NCBI GenBank assembly: GCA_047605065.1 | Contig: JASGGL010000001.1 | Span: forward strand, 1 to 42,421 | DNA from: Asticcacaulis sp. | Lineage (GTDB): Bacteria > Pseudomonadota > Alphaproteobacteria > Caulobacterales > Caulobacteraceae | Reading direction: 5' to 3' | Length of the DNA stretch: 42,421 bases | Part shown: positions 27,558-36,283 of the stretch, in pieces | Position numbering within the stretch: the stretch's first letter is position 1 | How the letters are laid out: every line of letters starts with the position of its first letter | The notes under the pieces: model-generated | What the model was told of the DNA's origin: nothing | Seen by the model: only the letters and a program-made list of their open reading frames with translations | The model's database searches: none | Translations under genes and position numbers: made by a program

Positions 27558-28904
27558 ATGAGGTGGGGCAGCAGGATTTTTTCAGCAGTGGTGATGTCCG
27601 TTGTATTGACGACGGGCGCGCAGGCGCAACCGGTATCGCCGTCCACGCCGATGACCGCAGCCGAGATCAAGGCCTATAGCGATCGCATTGACCGCTATTA
27701 TACCGAAAGCCCTTCGCAGGCCAAACTGGCGGAGATAAACGCAGGCCTGAAGGCCGGTGATATTGCCGTCTATTGTCGGATCAATCTTGAGAACATCGAC
27801 TGGTATCGCAAGGCCCGCAGCGAGGCCTTCGCGGCGATCACGGCGCTTAGGGCGCAGGGCAAATCCACCGACCCGATCCACCACGCCTATCTGAGCCTGA
27901 GCGAACGTATCGGTGCCAGTGTGATAACGGACGCCGATACCTGCGTCGAAAAACGCGTCGAGGAAGGCCCTGACGGTCTGGGGGGTGTGCGTGCCGAAAT
28001 CAAACTGCTCACCGACGCTCTGAGCGCCGCCCGTAAGGATGCCCTCGCGGCACAGGCGCGTGGCGACGATCTGAACGCCTGCGCCGATATCCGCTCTGCG
28101 GAACAGATGAGCGCGGAACGCCTGAGCACTTACGAGACGCTGGAGCAGGTATATAGCCTCATGCTGCCTGAGGCCTGGGCACCGTTCAAAACGGGATATG
28201 CGACGGCGAAAACCGAGGCAGCGGAACTCAAGGCGCTCAGCGCCGCAACGTGTGCCCGAGTAAACGCGCCTGAACCGCCGCCATTGCCGTCCGTTCCGCA
28301 AACGCCGGTAGAGGTGGCTGCGTCGGCCTATACGAACCGACTGCTCAAGGCGACCTCGACCCTGCTGACCTTCACTATGGGCGATGCGGCGGGCATGTGC
28401 GAAGCCGCCAAAAACGGCGCGCGGCTCACTGACGAGGCCGAGGCCGGTCTTAAGGCCGATATCGCCCGCCTGCAGGCCGAAGGTCAGGATGTGGAGCCTC
28501 TGCGCAAGCTGCTGGGGTCCGCTGCGGAAATGCGCCAGAAGGCGGCGGAAACAAAGACGCGGGCCTGTGAGGTGTCGGCCGATGATGCGAAAGGTGCGGC
28601 ATTGATGGCCGAGGCCGACGGTTTGATGGCGGAACACGAAAAGGCGATGGCCGATCTGAAGGCGGCGGGGCAGGCGAGGGACCGCGTGGCCGGATGCAAG
28701 GCCAGTCAGCGGTCGTTGAAGAGCCTCGAGCGGTTGCGCGAGATCATGCACGAGTCGGTGGCACTGGACGGGGAAAATCTGAGTGCGGCGGACAAGGCCG
28801 TACTTGAGGCGGACCTGACCCAACTCAATGCCTTGATTACCCAAATGCGGGACCTGTCTTCGGACCTGTGCCCCACGACCGGACCGGCGAAGCCCAAAGG
28901 ATAG
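27558..28904 (+). CDS. Hypothetical secreted all-helical protein with four Cys-pair repeats
   Basis: Signal peptide ending AQA. Eight Cys arranged as four [G/R]D-x4-C-x55-57-C units. Confidence 0.8.
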   Translation: MRWGSRIFSAVVMSVVLTTGAQAQPVSPSTPMTAAEIKAYSDRIDRYYTESPSQAKLAEINAGLKAGDIAVYCRINLENIDWYRKARSEAFAAITALRAQGKSTDPIHHAYLSLSERIGASVITDADTCVEKRVEEGPDGLGGVRAEIKLLTDALSAARKDALAAQARGDDLNACADIRSAEQMSAERLSTYETLEQVYSLMLPEAWAPFKTGYATAKTEAAELKALSAATCARVNAPEPPPLPSVPQTPVEVAASAYTNRLLKATSTLLTFTMGDAAGMCEAAKNGARLTDEAEAGLKADIARLQAEGQDVEPLRKLLGSAAEMRQKAAETKTRACEVSADDAKGAALMAEADGLMAEHEKAMADLKAAGQARDRVAGCKASQRSLKSLERLREIMHESVALDGENLSAADKAVLEADLTQLNALITQMRDLSSDLCPTTGPAKPKG

Positions 28905-29024
28905 ACGGGACGGAAGGGCGAAGTCTGTCCTGCGGGGACAAAGCCACACTGGACAAGACCCTGCCGCAGTTTTATGTGCCATAGGTTACAGACTAAACAA
29001 AACAGGCCGGCGTGCGTCCGGCGT

Positions 29025-30965
29025 ATGAGTGCACCGCTTATGCCCCAAACCGAAACGCCCGTGCTGGATTCGCTGGCGATGCCTGAGGCGATCCGCGCCC
29101 TGTCCGCTGCCGACCTGAAGACGCTGGCCGACGAAGTGCGCGCCGAAACCATCGAAGTGGTGTCGAAGACCGGCGGGCATCTGGGCTCGGCGCTGGGTGT
29201 GGTCGAACTGACGGTGGCGTTGCATCACGTGTTCGAAACGCCGCGCGATATCCTGATCTGGGATGTCGGGCATCAGTGCTATCCCCACAAAATTCTGACC
29301 GGACGGCGCGACCGTATCCGCACCCTGCGTCAGGGCGGCGGTTTGTCGGGCTTCACCAAGCGCTCCGAAAGCGCCTATGACCCGTTCGGCGCGGCGCATG
29401 CGGCCACCTCTATTTCTGCCGCTCTGGGCTTTTGTGCGGCCCGCGATCAGAAGGGTGAAGATAATCGCGTCGTCGCGGTGATCGGTGACGGCTCGCTGTC
29501 CGCCGGCATGGCCTATGAGGCGATGAACAACGCCGCCGAAACGACGAAGAACCTGACCGTCATCCTCAATGATAACGACATGTCCATCGCCCCGCCCGTG
29601 GGGGGGATGAGCGCCTATCTGGCCAATCTGGTGTCCGGTGGCGCCTATCAGGCCATGCGCCGCTGGGGCAAGAGCGTGGCGGCGCGCCTGCCGCGTCCGT
29701 TGTTCGAAATGATGCGTAAGGGCGAGGAGTTTTCGCGCACCTACGTCACCGGCGGCACCTTCTTCGAGGAACTGGGTTTCTACTATGTCGGACCTATCGA
29801 CGGTCACGACATGGAGAACCTGCTCTCGGTACTCAAACGCGTGCGCGACATTACCGATCGTCCGGTTCTGGTCCATGTGGTGACTCAGAAGGGCAAGGGC
29901 TATGCCCCCGCCGAAGCCGCCGCTGACAAGTATCACGGCGTGGCCAGATTCGACGTCATCACTGGTGAGCAGGCCAAGCCCAAGGCTAACGCCCCCAGCT
30001 ATACCGAAGTCTTCGCTGCCGAACTGATCAAGCAGGCGCACAACGACCCCAGAGTGGTGGCGATTACCGCCGCCATGCCGTCGGGGACGGGACTTGACCG
30101 TTTCGCTGAGGTGTTTCCGTCGCGCTGCTACGATGTCGGCATCGCCGAACAGCACGCGGTGACCTTTGCCGCCGGTCTGGCCGCCGATGGCATGAAGCCC
30201 TTCTGCGCGCTTTATTCGACCTTCCTGCAACGCGGTTACGATCAGGTGGCGCACGATGTGGCGCTTCAGGACCTGCCCGTGCGCTTTGCTATCGACCGTG
30301 CGGGCCTGGTCGGGGCGGACGGAGCGACCCACGCCGGGACGTTTGATATCGGCTATCTGGGGACGTTGCCGGGCATGGTGATCATGGCGGCTTCGGATGA
30401 GGCCGAACTGTCGCGTATGATCGCGACGGCCACGGCCTATGATGATGGTCCGTCGGCCTTCCGCTACCCGCGCGGTGAGGGGATCGGCGTCGAAATCCCG
30501 GCCATGCCTGAGCCTCTGGCCATCGGTAAGGGCCGCATCGTCCGCGAAGGTTCTAAGGTTGCCATCCTGTCGCTGGGGGCGCGTTTGCCCGAAGCGCTGA
30601 AAGCGGCCGATCTGCTGGCGGCGCGTGGCCTGTCGACCACGGTGGCCGATGCGCGCTTCGCCAAGCCACTGGATCGTGAACTGGTTCTGCAACTGGCCCG
30701 CCACCACGAATGCCTGATCACTGTCGAAGAAGGGGCCATGGGCGGTTTCGGGGCTTTTGTGCTGCATTATCTGGCGGCCGAAGGCGCGCTGGATCACGGC
30801 CTTAAAATCCGCACCCTGACCCTTCCGGACGTGTTCCAGGATCAGGACAAGCCGGAAAAAATGTACGCCGATGCCGGGCTGGATGCGGTGGGGATCGCCG
30901 CTTCGGCCATGAAGGCGCTGGGCTTTTCAGAGGCCGACATCGCAAAGGTCGCCGTAAAGGGCTAA
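29025..30965 (+). CDS. dxs: 1-deoxy-D-xylulose-5-phosphate synthase
   Basis: [41 protein letters not shown] and [13 protein letters not shown]. Confidence 0.97.
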   Translation: MSAPLMPQTETPVLDSLAMPEAIRALSAADLKTLADEVRAETIEVVSKTGGHLGSALGVVELTVALHHVFETPRDILIWDVGHQCYPHKILTGRRDRIRTLRQGGGLSGFTKRSESAYDPFGAAHAATSISAALGFCAARDQKGEDNRVVAVIGDGSLSAGMAYEAMNNAAETTKNLTVILNDNDMSIAPPVGGMSAYLANLVSGGAYQAMRRWGKSVAARLPRPLFEMMRKGEEFSRTYVTGGTFFEELGFYYVGPIDGHDMENLLSVLKRVRDITDRPVLVHVVTQKGKGYAPAEAAADKYHGVARFDVITGEQAKPKANAPSYTEVFAAELIKQAHNDPRVVAITAAMPSGTGLDRFAEVFPSRCYDVGIAEQHAVTFAAGLAADGMKPFCALYSTFLQRGYDQVAHDVALQDLPVRFAIDRAGLVGADGATHAGTFDIGYLGTLPGMVIMAASDEAELSRMIATATAYDDGPSAFRYPRGEGIGVEIPAMPEPLAIGKGRIVREGSKVAILSLGARLPEALKAADLLAARGLSTTVADARFAKPLDRELVLQLARHHECLITVEEGAMGGFGAFVLHYLAAEGALDHGLKIRTLTLPDVFQDQDKPEKMYADAGLDAVGIAASAMKALGFSEADIAKVAVKG

Positions 30966-30968
30966 AGA

Positions 30969-30998
30969 AAACGGCGCCCCTTAGAAGGAGCGCCGTTT
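30969..30998. terminator. Bidirectional terminator between dxs and rcnB-1
   Basis: AAACGGCGC..GCGCCGTTT hairpin with A/T flanks. Confidence 0.75.
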
Positions 30999-31011
30999 GA
31001 TTTTTCAGGGC

Positions 31012-31440
31012 TTAGTAGCTGAGCACGATGGCGGCGATCAGGCCGGTGGTTATGGCCGCCAGCACGTAGCGGTCGTTGACATAGCGCCATTCGTAACCAC
31101 GCGGCGGGGCGTAGAGGTGGCGATGGCCGCGATAGTCGATGGAACGGCCCCGGTGCCAGTCGTAATAGGACACGTAACCACCGCGCCGCCATTCCGAGCG
31201 CTCACGCCAGCCATAGTGGCGGCCATTGTCGTAGCGATAGGGATAGTCGTAGCGTCCGCGCCGGTCGTCGTAACGGTCGCGTCGATCGTAGCGGTCATTG
31301 CGATCATATCGGTCATAACGTTCTGAGCGGTCATGATGATCGTGGCGGTCATGGCCGCGCGGCTGGGCTGAGGCGGCGTCGGCCATGAACAGCGAGGCTG
31401 TCATCAGGGCCAGAGCAGAAGCGGTAGCGATGCGTTTCAT
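31012..31440 (-). CDS. RcnB-family periplasmic protein (copy 1)
   Basis: Signal peptide, low-complexity (D/R/Y/H) repeats and WRRGG..HLYAPPRGYEWRYVNDRYVLAAITTGLI. Confidence 0.9.
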   Translation of the reverse strand: MKRIATASALALMTASLFMADAASAQPRGHDRHDHHDRSERYDRYDRNDRYDRRDRYDDRRGRYDYPYRYDNGRHYGWRERSEWRRGGYVSYYDWHRGRSIDYRGHRHLYAPPRGYEWRYVNDRYVLAAITTGLIAAIVLSY

Positions 31441-31476
31441 AGCGATCTCCTTTGGTCTTCCCATCCCAATGACCTC

Positions 31477-31509
31477 ATTCTGCCTGAGCCTGCCTGAACC
31501 CCGGATGAA
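31477..31509 (-). promoter_or_regulatory. TTCA-N7-TTCA direct repeat plus -10 (CAGAAT) for rcnB-1
   Basis: On +, TGAA at 31495 and 31506, with 12 nt to the -10 hexamer. Same geometry at the other two paralogues. Confidence 0.65.
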
Positions 31510-31514
31510 TAACG

Positions 31515-31541
31515 AAAACGGGGGCCGTTAAGCCCCCGTTT
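31515..31541 (-). terminator. Terminator of rcnB-2
   Basis: AAAACGGGGGC-loop-GCCCCCGTTT. Confidence 0.75.
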
Positions 31542-31567
31542 CCAGATCAGATCGTTATGGAAATGCT

Positions 31568-31945
31568 CTAGTTGCTGAGCACGATCGCCGCAATGACGCC
31601 GGTCGCCACAGCGACGAGGACGTAGCGGTTGTCGACCTTGCGCCATTCGTGGCCCTTCGGCGGCTTGGAAAGGCGCTTGTACTTGCGGTAGTCGACCGCC
31701 TTGCCGCGCTGCCAGTCCTTATAGGCGACGTGGCCGCCCTTGCGGTAATCGGACTTGGTGTGCCAGCCGCGGCTGTCACGGTCAGGCGACGCCTTGGCAG
31801 GTGATGACTGGGACGGGCCGCGGTTGTCCTGACGCTCGGCTGCGGGGCGGTCGTGATTTTGCTGGGGTTGGGCTGCGGCGACATTGGCCGTGGCCAGAGA
31901 CGCGGTCATCATCAGGATGAGTGAGGCGGTGGCAATGCGTTTCAT
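31568..31945 (-). CDS. RcnB-family periplasmic protein (copy 2)
   Basis: MKRIATAS signal peptide and RLSKPPKGHEWRKVDNRYVLVAVATGVI. Confidence 0.9.
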   Translation of the reverse strand: MKRIATASLILMMTASLATANVAAAQPQQNHDRPAAERQDNRGPSQSSPAKASPDRDSRGWHTKSDYRKGGHVAYKDWQRGKAVDYRKYKRLSKPPKGHEWRKVDNRYVLVAVATGVIAAIVLSN

Positions 31946-31986
31946 GAGATTATCTCCTTCGGAAGGTGGGTTACTCTACACTTTCA

Positions 31987-32019
31987 ACAATAGGTCCCGC
32001 CCGCTGAACCGCTTATGAA
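31987..32019 (-). promoter_or_regulatory. TTCA-N7-TTCA direct repeat plus -10 (TATTGT) for rcnB-2
   Basis: On +, TGAA at 32005 and 32016, with 12 nt to the -10 hexamer. Confidence 0.65.
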
Positions 32020-32104
32020 TGATTAAAGGTTTCAATGTGTTGCCTTTGTATTGGTGATGACACATTGCGGCAGTCCTGCCATGAAGCCGAAGAAGACACG
32101 CATG

Positions 32105-32138
32105 AAAAACGGCCCCCTTTTTGCGAAGGGGGCCGTTC
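32105..32138 (-). terminator. Terminator of rcnB-3
   Basis: AAAAACGGCCCCCTT-loop-AAGGGGGCCGTT. Confidence 0.75.
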
Positions 32139-32157
32139 ATTTGGTCAGCAATCCGGC

Positions 32158-32529
32158 TTAACGGCTGAGCACGATGGCGGCGATCAGACCGGTTGCCACG
32201 GCGGCGAGGACGTAGCGGTCGTCGACCCGGCGCCATTCATAACCGCGCGGCGGGGCGTAGAGGCCACGGTGGCTGTGGTAGTCGACATAGCGGCCGCGAT
32301 CCCAGTCACGGTAACCGACATAGCCGCCGCGACGCCAGTTCGAGTTGTCGCGCCAGCCATCGCGGTAGCCGTCACGATAATAGCGGCGGTTGTCCCGGCG
32401 GTCATGGCGGTCGTCGTGACGTTCATAACGGTCGCGCTCATAGCGATGCGGCTGAGCCTGAGCGGCGTCGGCCATAACGAAGGAACCGGCCATAAGACCG
32501 ATCAGCGAAGCGGTAACGATGCGTTTCAT
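32158..32529 (-). CDS. RcnB-family periplasmic protein (copy 3)
   Basis: Signal peptide, D/R/Y-rich region and GLYAPPRGYEWRRVDDRYVLAAVATGLI. Confidence 0.9.
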   Translation of the reverse strand: MKRIVTASLIGLMAGSFVMADAAQAQPHRYERDRYERHDDRHDRRDNRRYYRDGYRDGWRDNSNWRRGGYVGYRDWDRGRYVDYHSHRGLYAPPRGYEWRRVDDRYVLAAVATGLIAAIVLSR

Positions 32530-32568
32530 GCCAAATCTCCTTATCAATTCGGGCCCCCGATGACAGAC

Positions 32569-32601
32569 AGGCTACGCCTTTCCGCGTGAACCCGACATGA
32601 A
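32569..32601 (-). promoter_or_regulatory. TTCA-N7-TTCA direct repeat plus -10 (TAGCCT) for rcnB-3
   Basis: On +, TGAA at 32587 and 32598, with 12 nt to the -10 hexamer. Confidence 0.65.
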
Positions 32602-32740
32602 CCGCTGTGTCAGGATTAATCAAAAAGCACCAAAATTCGCCCTCTGTGACGATCGTCGCGGATTGCCATCGATTGCATCCCGCCGGGGCGGTTTACAGAC
32701 GAATTTCCGTCGCTAGTCTGGTAATTCGACTTTACCGGAG

Positions 32741-34348
32741 ATGAGTATGAACACGCCTTTGGCGGACGGCGCGGCACGGCGCACGAAGGGTTTTCTGGGG
32801 TTTATCGAGCGGGTGGGCAACCTTCTGCCCGATCCGGTGATGATCTTCGTCTGGCTGATCTTCGGTCTGATGGTGCTGTCGACCATTGGGGCCTCTTTGG
32901 GATGGTCGGCCTCCATTACCTATACGGGCGAGGAGGCCCCGCACTGGGCGACGCTGGAAAACGGCGTGGCGACCTATGCGGCGACCAGCCTGTTCACACA
33001 GGAGAATATCGGACGGCTTCTGGTCGATATGCCCAAGACCCTGACCGGTTTTGCGCCCCTGGGGGTAGTGGTGGTGGTCATGTACGGTGCCGCCGTGGCC
33101 GAACGGTCGGGCCTGTTCTCGGCGCTGATCCGCTCGTCCTTGCGCAACGCACCGCGTGCCATACTGACGCCTTGCGTCGTGGTGATCGGCATGGTGTCGC
33201 ACCACGCCTCGGACGCCGCCTATGTGGTGTTTATTCCTCTGGCCGCGCTGATCTATGCGGCGGTGGGCCGCCACCCTCTGGCGGGGCTGGCGGCCGCGTT
33301 CGCTGCCGTGTCCGGTGGGTATGCCGGGAATATCACGCCGGGGCAGATCGATGTGCTTCTGTTCGGCTTCACTCAGGAAGCAGCGCGGATTATCGACCCG
33401 GAATGGCATATGAATCCGGTCGGCAACTGGTGGTTCATTCTGGCCATTGTCTGCCTTTTCACGCCCGTCGCCTGGTTCATTACGGATAAGGTGGTCGAGC
33501 CGCGTCTCGGCAAGTGGGGCGGCTCCGCGGACAGCGAGCTTGAGGCAGAACTGGCCAAGTCCGAGGTGACCGACGCAGAGAAAAAGGGCCTCCGGCGCGC
33601 CGGGTTTATTGCGCTGGTCATTATCGGCGTGTTCGCGGCTCTGGCCCTGTGGCCGGGCTATACGCCGCTGATCGACGAAAGCAAGTCCGGCCCCGCGCAG
33701 CTTCAACCCTTCTACGGTGCGCTGATCGCGGGCTTCTTCCTGCTGTTCGTGACGGGCGGCATCGCCTTTGGCACGGCAGCGGGGACGATAAAATCCGACA
33801 ACGACGTGGTGAAGATGATGGGCGAGGGGATACGCTCGCTGGCCCCTTATCTGGTCTTTGCCTTTTTCGCCGCGCATTTCGTGGCCATGTTCAACTGGTC
33901 GCGGCTGGGGCCGATCACGGCCATCAACGGGGCGGAAATCCTCAAGCAGTGGGATTTGCCCGCACCGCTTCTGCTGGTCAGCGTCCTGTTGTTCTCATCG
34001 ATTCTGGACTTGTTTATCGGCTCAGCCTCGGCCAAATGGTCGGCTCTGGCTCCGGTCGTGGTGCCCATGTTCATGTTGATAGGGATTTCGCCGGAAATGA
34101 CCACGGCGGCCTATCGCATGGGCGACAGCTATACCAACATCATGACGCCGCTCATGTCCTATTTCCCGCTGATCCTCGCCTTCTCGCGACGCTGGGACAA
34201 AAGTATGGGGGTGGGGTCATTGCTGGCGCTGATGCTGCCCTATGCGCTGAGTTTCATGGTGGCGGGTATCGGCCTGACGGCGGCGTGGGTGTGGCTGGAC
34301 CTGCCGCTGGGGCCGGGCGCGCAGGTGCATTACACATTGCCTCAATAG
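32741..34348 (+). CDS. abgT: AbgT-family transporter
   Basis: FIERVGNLLPDP, GFAPLG, GRHPLAG, GSASAKW and YRMGDSYTNIMTP. Confidence 0.93.
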   Translation: MSMNTPLADGAARRTKGFLGFIERVGNLLPDPVMIFVWLIFGLMVLSTIGASLGWSASITYTGEEAPHWATLENGVATYAATSLFTQENIGRLLVDMPKTLTGFAPLGVVVVVMYGAAVAERSGLFSALIRSSLRNAPRAILTPCVVVIGMVSHHASDAAYVVFIPLAALIYAAVGRHPLAGLAAAFAAVSGGYAGNITPGQIDVLLFGFTQEAARIIDPEWHMNPVGNWWFILAIVCLFTPVAWFITDKVVEPRLGKWGGSADSELEAELAKSEVTDAEKKGLRRAGFIALVIIGVFAALALWPGYTPLIDESKSGPAQLQPFYGALIAGFFLLFVTGGIAFGTAAGTIKSDNDVVKMMGEGIRSLAPYLVFAFFAAHFVAMFNWSRLGPITAINGAEILKQWDLPAPLLLVSVLLFSSILDLFIGSASAKWSALAPVVVPMFMLIGISPEMTTAAYRMGDSYTNIMTPLMSYFPLILAFSRRWDKSMGVGSLLALMLPYALSFMVAGIGLTAAWVWLDLPLGPGAQVHYTLPQ

Positions 34349-34370
34349 CGGTCCCAGCTTTTTGGTGAGC

Positions 34371-34414
34371 GCCTGACTTTACCCCAAAAGCGGTTCCCAC
34401 TTTTGGGGTCAGGC
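34371..34414. repeat. Palindromic intergenic repeat (same family as 13587-13631)
   Basis: Reverse complement reads GCCTGAC-CCCAAAAGTGGGAACCGCTTTTGGGG-TAAA-GTCAGGC. Confidence 0.65.
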
Positions 34415-34419
34415 TTGCC

Positions 34420-34458
34420 GGGGCCGGGGCGCAGGTGCATTACGCCTTACCTCAGTAG
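34420..34458 (+). repeat. Diverged duplicate of the abgT 3' end
   Basis: GCGCAGGTGCATTAC is identical at 34319 and 34429. The copy encodes QVHYALPQ* versus QVHYTLPQ*. Confidence 0.9.
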
Positions 34459-34465
34459 AGGGGGC

Positions 34466-35572
34466 TCAGCCTTCGGCGTCTGTTTTCGTGCTGAGGTCGC
34501 GCCAAAGCGCTGCCCAAAGCGCGGCAATGTCCTGAACCGCCTGTGCGGCATGGTCGGCCACCCCGGCAAACAGACCGAAGCCGATCGGCAGGGTGTCGTA
34601 GAGGCGGTAAACGACGCGGGTTTTTCTCTCCATGAGCTTTCGCGCGAAGCGTTCGGCCTGTGGCGACAGGGGGTCTATGCCCCCTGCGGTGATCAGCGCT
34701 GGCGGCAGTCCTGCGGGCAACTCCGCACAAAGGGGCGAAAGGACCGGGTCGCTCAAAGCGGTGCCGGCCCCGGCATAGTGGCCGATGATGATGCCGAGAT
34801 CGGCGGCCGACAGGGGCCAGCTTTGGGCGAAGGGGCTGGTTTTCAGACCGGTATCCGACAGGTCGAGCAGCGGCGACACCAGAAGCTGCGCTACCGGCAG
34901 GGGCTTGTTCTCGGCCAGCAAATCCAGACACAGGCGTGCGGCCATGCCCCCGCCAAGCCCGGCACCGCCAACCGCCGTCAGACCTGAGGTGGCTCCCATT
35001 TGCGCAAGATGGTCCTGCGCCCACGTCCACGCCGCTTGCGCGTCTTCGTATCCGGCGGGGAAGCGGTTTTCCGGCGCGGGTCGTAAGCGGGGCAGAAAGA
35101 CGGGGCAGCGGGCCTCCTGCGCCAGAAGGCTGGCGAAGGCGAGGCCAAGCTCTGTGCCGCCCAGAACGCCACCGCCATCGTGGAAAAAGACCAGCAGGGG
35201 CGCGTCATGATCGATCTGCGCAGGGCGGACAAGCTGCCCGCTGATGCTGGTGCCGTCACCGACCTCTTCGATCTTCACGCGGATGTCCGGCCCGGGGTTC
35301 ATCAGAGCGGCGGCGTCGCGCCAGTCTTCGCGCGCCCCTTCGACCGATGTGCCGGTAAGGCTCAGGGGCGTGCGGTGGTCCTGCCGCGCAAAGAAGGCCT
35401 TCCACAGGAAGGTGATCTGGGTATCGAGCGTGCGTCCGTCGATATGGACGACACCGCCGCCCGACAGGAAGCGCAAGACGGCGAACGGAAGGGTGAGGAC
35501 CCGACGCAGCAGCAGGCGACGAAGGACGGATTGACGCGGGAGCGTAGAGGTGAGGGGCGAAATCAGGGGCAT
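34466..35572 (-). CDS. Alpha/beta hydrolase fold protein (HSL/family IV-like) with a degenerate catalytic site
   Basis: LLVFFHDGGG, LRPAPENRFPAGYED, QLLVSP, LPPALI and DPL. Nucleophile elbow reads GGAGLGG. Confidence 0.85.
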   Translation of the reverse strand: MPLISPLTSTLPRQSVLRRLLLRRVLTLPFAVLRFLSGGGVVHIDGRTLDTQITFLWKAFFARQDHRTPLSLTGTSVEGAREDWRDAAALMNPGPDIRVKIEEVGDGTSISGQLVRPAQIDHDAPLLVFFHDGGGVLGGTELGLAFASLLAQEARCPVFLPRLRPAPENRFPAGYEDAQAAWTWAQDHLAQMGATSGLTAVGGAGLGGGMAARLCLDLLAENKPLPVAQLLVSPLLDLSDTGLKTSPFAQSWPLSAADLGIIIGHYAGAGTALSDPVLSPLCAELPAGLPPALITAGGIDPLSPQAERFARKLMERKTRVVYRLYDTLPIGFGLFAGVADHAAQAVQDIAALWAALWRDLSTKTDAEG

Positions 35573-36009
35573 GGCCGATATCGGGGCAGGAGGTGTGAGG
35601 GGAGTTTATGGGGCTGTACGCAATTGGCAATGGGGGAAAACGTGTTTTTATGAACACTTGTCAGGTAGGAGATGTGGTTTCTTACTACCGGTAGATGCGG
35701 TGCGATGGAGTTGTCGCAACCGTTTTCCGAGCTGTCGCTTCGTAAATCGTTAATCATGTGTGGTGAGTGTTGCTTGAAAATAACGTTGATTTATTTTTGA
35801 AAGCGCACATCTATATCAGTTTTTTATTTGACCGTTCTCAAAAGCTGCGTCTTACTCTTCGCTGCAATGCGTGATCTGGCTGCCGACTACGGAGTTTGGG
35901 TAAATCCCGCCTCCTGATATCAAACTGCGCTACCGAGAACGACGATTGTAAGGGAGGCTGCGGCATCCCACCCCCCTCGATACTGCTTTTTGACTGAAGG
36001 AGAGCGAAC

Positions 36010-36213
36010 ATGGCCGAAGGTACGGTCAAGTGGTTTAACGCCACCAAGGGATTTGGCTTTATTCAGCCGGCCGAAGGCGGCAACGATGTTTTCGTGCATA
36101 TCACGGCGGTTCACCGTGCGGGCCTTCAGGGGCTGGCTGACGGGCAGAAGCTGTCGTACGAGCTTCAGACCGAGCGCGGCAAGACCGCGGCGGTCGATCT
36201 GCAACTCCTCTGA
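36010..36213 (+). CDS. cspA: Cold-shock protein
   Basis: GTVKWFNATKGFGFI (RNP1) and DVFVHI (RNP2). Strong AAGGAG SD and a long AT-rich upstream region. Confidence 0.93.
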   Translation: MAEGTVKWFNATKGFGFIQPAEGGNDVFVHITAVHRAGLQGLADGQKLSYELQTERGKTAAVDLQLL

Positions 36214-36236
36214 TTTGCAGACACAGTAAGAGTTTC

Positions 36237-36268
36237 AAAGCCGTCCGTGTATATGCGGGCGGCTTTTT
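36237..36268 (+). terminator. Rho-independent terminator after csp, possibly bidirectional
   Basis: AAAGCCGTCCG..CGGGCGGCTTTTT. Confidence 0.8.
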
Positions 36269-36283
36269 CTATGCCCTGAATAT

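Noticed and set aside
28986-30797. Long antisense ORFs (this one, also 20852-22423, 27582-28982, 40270-41664, 414-1604 and others)
   Set aside because: Shadow ORFs opposite well-supported genes, expected in high-GC DNA, with no recognisable motifs.
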